Shown here in pieces: positions 1 to 12,000 of a stretch of DNA of 64,000 nucleotides. The notes under the pieces were generated by a model, which worked only from the letters and a program-made list of their open reading frames with translations, had not been told where the DNA came from and did not search any database. Every line of letters starts with the position of its first letter. Position 1 is the stretch's first letter. The stretch is from Tubiluchus corallicola (Eukaryota; Animalia; Priapulida): contig JAQGDQ010000077.1 of NCBI GenBank assembly GCA_030141605.1, forward strand, positions 124,001 through 188,000, given 5' to 3'. Position numbers and translations under genes: made by a program.

Positions 1-3000
1 ATGTTCAGACCAAATTATTCTGGTACCTGTGAACTGCGCTAGACGACATCCTGCTCTTAACGTACTTGTGTGCAAGGTGAAGTGATTTATTTTAGTGGTT
101 ATTTAAATAGTATTAGTAAATTCTAGCTTGTTGGCAAGATTTCTTGTACTTCAACAGTGAAAAGAAATATGTTGAACACTTGATTGCGGTTTAGGTATAG
201 TTACCAATGATAATCACTTGTTGAAATATTTTTAAAGTTGCACCTTTTTTCAATTCGGCAATATCATGTGTGCTTACATGAATCGCTCACCAGGAATTTC
301 TTCGTTAGAATAGTGCAATATCGTTGCAAATGCACAGTTAACACAAAGTGAATCAGCTGAAGCAACAAACACAGAAAAGACATTTACTGCCAACATTTTT
401 GTAACACGTAGCTGCAAATTAGTTTTATTATTAGATTTCAGTTGTAACAGAAACTTGCAGCAGACAACTTTTGGTAAATACTCCAGAACGATTAGCCTAA
501 TAATGACAAGAAAGTTGGTAAATATGACACTGTCTGCAAGAGCTGCACTTTTACTGTAAGCATTGTCGTGTATAATTTGAGGAATTTGTGCAGAATGTGA
601 TTTGATTTTTTAAATAAATCATTAATTTTATTTCAGAAATGCTATCATTTCTACAAATCTGGCGAGTGGAGCAAGGATGAAGATGGCATAGACGAATTCT
701 GTCGTTGGTGTGCTCAAGGTGGCAATCTCATCTGTTGTGATTATTGCACGAACGCATTTTGTCAAACGTGTATTAAAAACAACCTTGGTCGCGGCGAATT
801 GCGGAAGTTACGGGAAGCGGGAGAGGAAACCAAGTGGAGATGCTATGTGTGCAACCCTATTCCCATTAATGAAGCCATTGAAAGATGTGAATCTGTTTTC
901 AAGAAATTAGCACAAATTGAAAAAGAAGAGCAAGAAGCAGAACATTCAAAGAAACTGATAATACCGCCGTCTTGTAGTAGTGAGCATCTTTTTACTATTG
1001 TCGATGACCTTGAAAAATCTATTAGTGCTTTACAGTCACATTTGCAGTCAGTGAAATCAGAACTTTGCACTGCAACAACTAGTACAAAAGACAAAACTGA
1101 TAGTGAACTGCAGAACACATCTAGTTGTGGACAGAAAAGCAGTCATAATTCTGTGAGTGCTTCAGTGTTAGCACCAGAGACAGCGATTTTGAAGGTTCAT
1201 TTAGTAACCTTGAAATTAAAAAAGTGTTTCAAAAGGTCAACAAAAGCCTTGTTACATCCTTCCAAATTGAAGGAGAAAAAAGCTAATTTAGCTTCTGTTG
1301 AAAGTACAGTGAATGAATCTGTGATATTAGAATCAGGTGATTCAAACAGCTCCAAAACACCTAAAAAAGTTAACTGCAAAGGAATAGAAGAAATATCTCT
1401 AGTCGAAGAAACTATTTTGTCAGATGAAGAACAGCCTGAGACTGTAACGGCTATCGATGAGACTGTAGATTCCGAACCAGAAGCTACATTTATTAATAGT
1501 CATCCAGAAACAACTCTTGTTCTTAAATCAAAGCCGACTAGTGTGAAAGTTACAGACGTTACTGAGCAGTATAAACCTAAACTAGTTGTGCTTGATGATG
1601 AGCCAGACACACCTGTGAAAAAATGTCATCCAGGTCAAGGTAAGCGACGTCACAGTGAATTAGGAGGTAAGACTGTATTGAATGAAAAGTGCGCTAAATT
1701 ATCAAATTCAAGAACTATTGATAGTGACGATGATGATGTACAGTTTATACCATCTGATAGTGAATCTGCCAAATCAAACTGTTTTAGTGGCAAGTTTATT
1801 TCAGAAGAGCAAATAAAACGCCATTTGCAATTAGAGCGCAGTGCTAAAGAATCCGAAGAACAGTTTTTAGCAAGATTAGAGAGAGCGGTTAAACAACTCA
1901 GCTGTGCTAAGAATTTTAAAGAATACACTCGGCGACTTCTAAAAGAATCGCTTAGTGACCAGAACAAGTTTAACGAATTCGGCCCAGAAGTGATAGATAT
2001 TTTGACCGAACTTGTTGGAAGCGACGAGGATGAATTTGACAGCAACAATACAGCTGAAATTAATGTTGAGAATAAAATTAGTAATAGAAGTGCAAGTGAG
2101 TTAGATAAATCAGACATGCCTCGCATGAAAGTGACTAGTCTGCGTAAGATGCGCAGTGCCACCGACGTGGAGGCTGAAAAACGGTTATTAGCTGAAATAG
2201 CTAGTGAAAATAGTGAAGAACACGAAGAAGAAGCTGATGAATCAGATAATTCTAAACAAGGACCAACAGCGCAAGCTCCACTAGCAAAGTCTGAGAGTGT
2301 TTCTGTTTTAAAAACTGCAATGCTAAAACTTTCGCCTGTAAAAATTGATGACATTGATTTGAAAATTACGGAAAAAGTAGCACCCACTCGGAGTAAGGTA
2401 AATAAAGCTGTTAAAGGGCGAATTGTGCCAGCCAACAGCAGTTCTGGTAGTGAGGATTTTTTAGAGAAGGAAATTGCTGACACAGATAAGTATATCGGTC
2501 GGAAAAAGAATAGTTTAAAAAAAAAGAAAAAAGCAGATGCAAAAATTGTCAATGATGACAATTCTGGATCAGAAGACTTGGATAAAGAAATTGACAAACT
2601 GGCAAAAATCACTTTTCTGAAGAAGAAACCAAATAAAGAAGAAACTAAAAAAGACCTAAACAACGTGGAAGAAAAAAGTCAAGATGCGGAAAAAGTCACG
2701 CAGCAAACTGCAGATGGTAAGTTTGTACATGCATTTTTTCTTTAAATTACTACAAATGAATGCTTCCACCTTTGGGCTTCAGTTTACTGTGCTGTTTACT
2801 GGCTATTTTATAGTCCTGTTTGTGATGTTTCTGAAGGATTTTATTGAGCAATCGTTGGTGGTTAAGTTCTGTAAAGTTTCTCCACATTTTTGTTTCAGGA
2901 TTGTTGAATGGTAATTTTAACACTAGTGCTTTCTTAGAACAATTCTTGTAAACTTTAGGAAAAAAATGTTTAAAGTAAACCATTGTGAAAAAGTGACAGA

Positions 3001-6000
3001 TAAAAAGTGACAGATTTTTTTTGTTTTTTGATTGTTATTACTAAAGCAATATTCCACAAAAAAGAAAGTGGGCTTTAAGTTTTCTAGAAATTGCCAATTT
3101 ACAAGTAAAATTTTTAAACTAACAATTTAGAATATTATTGTATGCTTTTAATTTTCTGTGTCACCTGATAACAATTACAGACAATTTATAGTTAAAGAGT
3201 TGCCGACACTCCCGGTCCGATTCTACTTCTACTATCTACTAAAAACTATTGTATGATAGAGGGTTTTGGTCTGTACCTGTGTTGAATGACTTTTTTATAA
3301 TGGCGTGACTTGGTGTGTACTGTCGCTGACTACATTTCAGTTTGTATTGTTTTATAAAGGTTAAATTCGTTATGTTTTCAGAAACTCCTAAAAGCTCTGT
3401 TGCAAAAAAGAAAACGAGAGCAAAAGAGGATAGTGACATGAGCAGCCTTTCTGGCGAAGATGGGGAAGCTGATGATGATGGTGATGATGGTGATGATGAT
3501 GACAATGACGCTCCCTCTGACAGTGATACTGGAGTGAAAAAAAGCAAGAGAGAATTGGAAGCAGCATTCGCATCAGCTAGCAAGGTTTTCACTTTTTTGT
3601 TGACACAAAAAAGTTCTTTTTCCTGTGCATGTCTGTGTATTTGGTAACATTTAAAATGTTCAGCTTTTATGATGTTATATTAACCTTTTCTCTCTTAAAC
3701 TTAAATGATGTTTTCTGAATTTAGGTCAATGTATTGCAGAGTAGCAGCCAAAAAATTTGACTTTGCTATGTGAATTACACAATTTATTTGGCTATTGGCA
3801 AATTTTCTATGCTTGTGTTGTGTATTTTTATTTCTCTAGTGACTTGTTAAATTATCTGTTTGTTATATTATACATGATAGTGAGTCCCAGTGTTGAGGCA
3901 GTTTTTGTGAGTGCTTTGCTTGATAACCAGTCTTTTCTAGGAGTGTATTTAGAATCATTTTGGATATCTGGCACTTGTTAAGGCTACCTGCTATATAAAG
4001 TACAGCAAAGTCAGTGAGATATCTCTTGCTAAGTTTGACAAAGATGTCATTGGCATTGCAAATGCAAAAACTTTTTAATAAGGCATTCTGTATTTACGTT
4101 ATACGTACATTATAAAATTGTTGTAAGTTGGCATTTTCTAATTTATCACATTTAATCTGCTTTCAGACGATTCCTCCGTTAGCTGAACCAATTAAAGTGA
4201 ACTCTAATGAATTGGCAAAGAATGCATTAGTTGCTGAAATTGAGGCAGAATTAGCAAGTGAAAGTAATCATTCTAATTCTGATGGTAAGAAGTGACTTAA
4301 ACAGTTACCGCTAAAGCAGCAGAGCTTATGCCGGTCGTGTGCAAATTATCTGACTAGCCGGGCCACATTAAACTTTCCTGCAATTCCTGCGGGCCACAGG
4401 CAGTTCGATCAAGGAGCCAAGTACAGAAAGGCCTAATAATGATTTTTTTGCATCCGACCTGCGTATATCAATAACGATTTTTTTTTAATCCGACCTGCGT
4501 ATATCATTACTACTACACCCAAGAAACTATTTTAGAAGTTATTAAAATTAATATTACAAACCATATATTTCTACTTTCAGGACAAATAGTTGTAATTTCA
4601 TTACAATGCATATTAGTAATGTGTATCACACAGTCTGTGTAGTACAGTGCATATTAACCTGCCTTGACTCCATGTACTTTGATTTTTCCCTTTTCATATC
4701 CATGTTTCTGATCTATAAGAACACTGCACCTGATGAAACAGCCACTGATCAAGGCATGTACTACTGAGCCTAAGCAGAAACTAAAATCTGGGCATCCCCC
4801 TAAATCAGGGGTGACCATTGGTTATTCTTGGCTATTTTATAATTTATTTTGTAAAATAACCAAGTCAAAATGATCTACCTGCTGTGACCAAGAAGACGAC
4901 TGAGCAGATCAGCAACCCCGATAATATACGCCTAGAGATTGGCTGGTTGGTCTTCCTACCAGCCAATCAGATTGCTTTTCGCATTTCTTGCACATTTGAG
5001 CGTTTTAATGGCGGCTTCCGTGATAGTTTACTGCGTTCTGTGATTACATCGCTCTTTTGCATTCCAAGTGAGTAACGTATAATTTTGTCATGTCCGACCA
5101 TGACATTAAGCTACAACCGTCTTCTAAGGGTTAATGGCATCCGTTCTAGTAGAAAAAACTGCCCGCACTATCTTTGGGATTGTGGCACGGACTTCAGCTC
5201 GATACACTCAATTAATCGCCCGGGCTGCACTTTCATTAGGTTGACAAATCTCTTCGCGGACCGCACAAATTCTCTCGGCGGACCGCAAGTGGCCCGCGGG
5301 CCGCAATTTGCACACCCCTGCCTTATGCCTTTGAAACAGCCGCAAGAGCTACGGAAACCTCCACTGAAGTTTTCGACAGAACGTTAGGGTTGTTTTAAAA
5401 AAAATTTTCTCATAGATCTAATAACTGAGTTTCTGGACAACTGTGGCGACCTTATGTGATCCTTATATATTAACAGTGTTTATGTGTCACCTAATATATT
5501 AAACAAGACTAATATATTAAATATTAGTCGTGTCATCTAGATACTCTTGTCATAAGGAATAATATAGTGAATATTAAGCTATTTGCCCCCGACAGTATTT
5601 TCTGTACCAAAAATAACAAACCGTATATTAAAATATTGGGTCTAGTGATTCATGTGGTTCTAGTGATTGGAATTTTTGCATCTTTTAGTTAGTGGACCTG
5701 GTTCCACTAAAATGAAAACTGAAACTTGATGAGCAGCTAGGCCATAAAAAGGACAAAATGAAAAATTTGTAAACAATTTCCATTCATTCAATTAAATTTA
5801 CATGTACTAATTTACCAATTCCTAGTTTAAATACTAAAAGTGTTTGCCCAGTTTTAATACAAGTACAGTAGATTACATTGTAATACAACCGTTTATTTGT
5901 TATTCTTCGCTACGACACTGAATACCTCAAAAGCCACACTATCTACAGGCACTAATGTTGCTGGGCAGACACCTGGGGTAGGGGATCAGATATTGATCAA

Positions 6001-9000
6001 AGGGTCAAGGACACTGGATATCGGCTGTTCCTTTGATTGTCACTTAACTTGTAGTGCTTTGTGTTAAATTCAAATTTTTTCATAGGTATTTAGGTCTTGT
6101 GGCGTACATGTGCATTAAATATTTTTCGGAAATCAGGGTTGGGAAAGTTCGGAGTTAGGAGCCAAAATGTGAAAATTGAGGCAAACGGTTTTTTGTCACT
6201 AAACTCTTACAGTGTTGGACTGGGAGTCAATGTTCATACATGTATGGGTAGCCGGCTGGTCTATATAAGACAAATTATAAACTTGTTGTTTCGATGTTAT
6301 TCCTAGAAACTGTGCTTACAGTTTTTATTGTCAGCCCAAATAAGATTGAAAATTTTATTTGCAAACAAATTATAAATATTGAATAGTAATGCCAGTTAGT
6401 AGGAGCAAAAAGAAGGAATTCATAATTTAATTACAAGAAGCAAAACGTATCTTGCTCTTGCTCTGACAGGCAGATCATGACAAAAAGTGCAAATTTCAAC
6501 AGTATAGGACAACATTTCAATTCATGGAATTTACTGACAAGAAAGTCTAGGGCTTTGATAGTAATGGTCTCTGTCATGTGATAGGCAGGGACTAAAACCT
6601 ACTGCAATAAAATGCTGTGCAGTGCAATAGAAGAACAATGCGATTTATTAAACCCCTTAAAAAAATTTCTCTGTAATCTTAGTCTCACAGCAATTCAATT
6701 CAATTTTATTTTCTCAATGGCAGTAGAAATTCGACATAATTATTTTTACATTTCATTGCAACTGAGAAGGAGCAGCGAAAGACCTATTAGTCACTTGATC
6801 AGCTGCCCCCTATTAAAAATGCAAATTTACTTGCATGCTCATGATGTTTTTTAGGTGTTTATATACATATATATCAACATTATAGTATTAAAAATAGATT
6901 TGGTATTAAATTAAATACTAAGTAGCAGAAATGTATATTTAATCTAGTCAAATTTTTAAAAGGCGGAAAAATAGTAAGCGAGAAATTCTTGAGAATTGAA
7001 TACAAGGTTACATTGTGAATAATAATAATAGTTATACTATATGCATAAATTTATGGTAAAACAGATACAGTAGTGTAAAGATGCAATACAAAAAAATCAA
7101 TTAATATATCTCATATCAAATGAAAGCAAAAAACAAACTAAATTCTTCAAGGCAAGCAAAAATTGTCAAATAATAAAAGGATTATATCAAGCAAAAGCAA
7201 CAAAAATCAATGTGTCAAAGCAGAAATGCAATTCAATTCATAACAAAGCATAACATCAAGCAAACTTAATATCACCCATGATAAATTTATTTTATTAACT
7301 TTTGCACTGGTAAGATCATTTTTAAGAAATTTTTGTTATAATTATCCTCTGGTGTGAACTCATATTCATTCTTTGATTTTTTGCAGCTGGTTTCAGTCCA
7401 TTTAGCATTCAGTGGCAGTTTTTATTTATTTTGTAATTTCTACTAGTGTTTGTTCTACATCAAGTTATACATATAGGTTATACTCATGTTACTGCTATCT
7501 GTTACTTTGCAGAGTTTGAAATAATAATGTGGTTCAACAGAGTATTGTCATTGCAAATTTTGCAGATGAAACACCAATAAAGAACCAGAAACCTAAAGCT
7601 CCAAAAGAGTCTGTGATCAATGTTAGCGGTTCCGATTCGGATGACCCTGGTTCTCAGTCTGATCCAAGCTCAGATTCAGATTATGTTTCCGTAAAGAAAC
7701 CTAAGTAAGTTTGGCAATGTTTCATCAATATACCGAATTGTATTTTGGCTTGATTACGATGTCACGATGATGATGATGATTTTTTGTTAACTAAATAATT
7801 TACTGATTATTTTTTTTGTTAAAGTCACTTTCTTTACTATAACTGTGTAGTCTAACTCTGTTTTCTTTTTCATGTATTGTAGGCACAAGAGCAAACTGCT
7901 GAAGGTGAAAATCTCTGGTTCCAGTTCTGAATCCGATGCTGACAGCAAAAACAAGTCTAAGAAAAAAGATAGCAAAATCTCTAAGAAAAGCGAAAAGAAA
8001 AAGAAAGGCAAGACAAAAAGGTGGGAAACTTGTCTTTTAAACAAAAATTACTTTCAATAATGCTACTAATGTACTCATCCTAATGATTTAATTGTGTGTT
8101 AATATTTGACATTTCTGCCTTTCGACATATTTCTTTGATAGAAGGCTTTGGCTTTATACATGGACTGCTTTGGAACCATGTGTCCCAACATCACAGTAAA
8201 TTGTTTTGATGATAGTTACAGTTCTATCAATCCTGGGTCATAAACCAGTGTGCCCAGTTTGGTGTGACATCATATATTCTTAAATTATTGATCGTGCGCA
8301 CTTTCAAACAAGGATGGTTATCTAAAAAGTTTACTTGTTGAATGTTATTTTGTGAATTATTATATGTGAGCTTTCATAGCAAATCATCCATAAGTCGGCA
8401 CTTAAGCTTTTCTAGTCATTCACATATCCTGAATCTCAATTTCATGAGGATCATTTTGATATCAAGCTTAATGATGTATGTTATTTTTAACCTGAGATAA
8501 TCCACATTGAAGTTGAGGTGCAGGCTGCACACTGAAAAGCATAATCTTGAAAAAATCGCAGTTGAAGTTCGCCATTGTTTCTTGTCGCATTTCTACAAAA
8601 CACTTAGCAACCATACGAGCAGTTGGTTGCTATGGATTTTGCAAGAACACATTGAAGTTATGTTTAAATCCAGTAGATGGCTCTTCCTGACGAAGATCAG
8701 AAAAAACCTGAAGCAAAATGTCTGCTTCCACGATCTTCTATTGTAGTTTGAAAGTATTAGTTTTTTATTATTGCATTACCAGTTTCTAGCCAGAAAAGTG
8801 GGTAGGAGGTTATAAAAGTATATACTTAGTTGTTTTTAACATCTTCATGGTAATTTGATGCTAGAATATAAAAGTCCAATATGTTTAGCATTTGTTTTTG
8901 TAAAAAAGACAAAAACTTGGCATTAGACCGAATTTTTGGGTCATTCTACTTTGAAGCATATTAACATAGTTTTTACTATGCTGTCTTATGGATGATTTTG

Positions 9001-12000
9001 ATATGCAGGGACACATATACTAGTTGCCGGTGGCGCTAAGGTTGTGACTAAAACCTCTACAACATGTGCTAGTTGTGAAATACTAATAAGTAATAATAAG
9101 TTTACTAAAATTTTGTAATTTAAGCTCCAGGTTATGAGTTTTTAATAAACTTGTTATTACTTACTTAGTCAGAGTGCTGTACATTTTCTTAATAGATAAT
9201 GCTTTATGTTCTAGTAGATCTCGAGAAGACAGTGTTTCATCAGACGAAGTCTCATTTTCACAATCCAGCTTGAGCGACGATAGTGCAAATGAAAAGAAAA
9301 AAGGGAAGAAACCAGCTACTAAAAGAAAAATGGCTGATCGATCTCAGGACTCATCAGATGATTTCGAAAAGGTATGCCAGACACTTCGCTCTGTGTCATT
9401 ATTGTTGGTGCATTGTATTTACTCACAGAAGATGCTATTGCTGCAGTGCTGTAAGTTAATGATTAGCAGTTATGCTAAATACATTCATTTTCTGACGTTT
9501 TGATAGCATGAGGAAAATTTGGGTGACTAATTCCTGTTTTCTATTTGCAAACTTAATAATACTGTGAATGGATTGGCATCCGCCCACATTTTTGTAGTGT
9601 ATGGGTTTGATGCAGCTTCATTCTCTGTGCAGTGTAAACTGAAAATGCCTATCAAGAGCGAGCAAGACAGAATAAATGTGCATTTTTCGAAAGGCTTCTC
9701 TCCAAACATGGTTCTAGGGCAACGTAAATAGCTGTCTCATTCTCTGTTGTGCATGCATAAACTGGATCTAGCATGTAGGTACGATTATTCCAAAGGAGTG
9801 ATAAATGATTAGAGTCGGGTTAACTTTGGAATGACTTGTGTAAGACTAAAAAATGGAGTGGTGTTTGGCTTCTGATATTATAACTGAGTGATCACAATGT
9901 GTTCTTGAATGCAAAGTTATTTTTGCCAAAAATGGTTTGTAGATAAATAGGTGCTCACGGACCAAACTGTGTCTGGTCCAAGGCATTTCTTTCACTGAGG
10001 AAGAATGCAATCTATACTCATTAGGCGATATAACATCCGTATGATACAATACTTTTTCCGATCACCTCAGATATATTCAGATTCTGCAACAACCATCAAC
10101 ATTGATAGCATTAAGTATTGGATACCAGCTTCCTGTTTGCCAAGTTGCATATGAAAATGCACATATATTTCAGTATCATATAATAGTGCTTATTTGACTT
10201 TCTTGTGTCAACGGAAGTAAAATGTCACTTTGGTTTAATGAATAGTTGCCACAGATCTTCATGAATTTTTTAAATTCCCTTCTTGTTCAACCGCTACTTT
10301 TTTGGAAATTTTAGAGAACATAAACTTGTAAAGCTGTCTCAATTGTGAACTTCCAGTTTACTTTAATGTTTAGTAGAATAGTCACACTAAAACCAAATTT
10401 TGCAGTAAAATACTTTGGTAATGTTTGTGACTTAGTACACCACTAATCTGTAATGTTTTGCTAATTTTAGCCTAAAAAAGCCAAAGGGAAGGGAAAGGGT
10501 AAAGGAAAGCGGCGTAAACGAATCAAGGTTCCCACTTCGTCATCGGAAGTCGATGTCAGTAATCCTAGTGTAAGTTTGATATGTTGTTTTCAGTACACTT
10601 GCTCTTCGTGCTATCTGTAATCTATTCTTGCATAAGTTTATCAGAAATAATAAGTGATGACGAATGCTTGGAACATTACTTTTTCTCATCTATCATTAAT
10701 CTAAATGTACTTTTGTAGCATCTACATGTATTATTATTATCTGTTTTCTTCAGCATCAACATGTATTTACATCTACTTTGTGAAACATCTACTTCATCTG
10801 CATTGGTAAAGGAAATTTTCCTTGCAATTCATACATGCCAAGATTGAGATCATGTTAATCATATCAGGAAAAGTGGGCTGCCAGTATTATGGCTTAGGTG
10901 GCCACTTCTTTCTTGAGCAACAACCTGTTGGTTGTTAGATGCTTATTGCTCTTAAAAATGTCTACATTACTTTTTTATTTTTGCAAAAATATCTGTGAAA
11001 AGATCAATAAGCAATTATCAATTTATTATTACATGTTTTATCGTTGTTAGCACATTCAACTTTGTCATAATGATCTTTTCTGGGAAAAATAATTCAGTGG
11101 CATACTAACACTGCTAAAATTATTACTAGGCTTAAATAGGCACTATATATGCACTTTGTTCACTATTGAGTAATTGGCCTGATAATTTTTTTCCTTACAA
11201 TTATTGCTTCAGCATTTATTAAAGAGTTACTGGTTTCTTGATCTCGTTTTTGAGTGTTACGTCCTGTATGTGTCCACCTTGTGATCTGTTTGGCTGCTGG
11301 TTGTCACTACATGTTTCGATTAGCTGTGTGTCACACCGTCTTATAGTTGGAAGTGTCGGTAGAAAATACTCATTTTGTTTATTATCAATTACTTAATGCC
11401 CTGTTATAAGTTTTTGTTGTATTGAGAGTGGGGTTCATTACTTTTGCAAAATTTCATTCGTTTCATTCCCGTATCATTGCTGATGCCTAAAATTTTGTTC
11501 GTGTATAGCATACTAAACACTGGAGGTAATGTCAGGTACAGATCCCTTTGGCAATATCAGAAGCAACAGTGCTGATTTTTGTTGTCCAGTAAATAAATCT
11601 GTCTAATGGGCGGCTGCTTTTGTGATTAACAAAGTGGCTGCTCTTTCACCTGGTTAAATTCCTTAGCAAGTTTAAGCTAATGTTTACTTGTGTTAAATGG
11701 TTTTTCGTACTAGACTGCAGAAGTACTTTATAGTTTGCTCTTTGCTTTTTTGCTTTTAATTAATCAATTAATTTTAACACTATCGTAGGAGATGGAAGGA
11801 GAAGGTGCAGGAGAGGAAGATGGAGAAAAGGGAACACCAGGCAAGGGACGAAGGAAAATAAGAAAACTGTTAAAGACAAAGAAGTTGAAAGAGGAAACAA
11901 AGGCTGCAGCAAAAGCTGAAGAGGAGAGGCGAAAACGAATAGCTGAACGTCAGAAAAAGGTTAGTTTTACATTTCATTTTTGTATCATGTAACAAAAATC

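Noticed and set aside
1650-2663. 337-aa minus-strand ORF
   Set aside because: Antisense shadow of the K/E/S/D-rich ATRX exon. It is S/F/L-rich with no motifs. The same applies to the other minus-strand ORFs over ATRX, DHX36 and homeobox exons.
8670-8755. Possible extra ATRX cassette exon ([14 protein letters not shown]-like)
   Set aside because: In the phase required by the flanking exons it hits a stop, and the gene model is complete without it.
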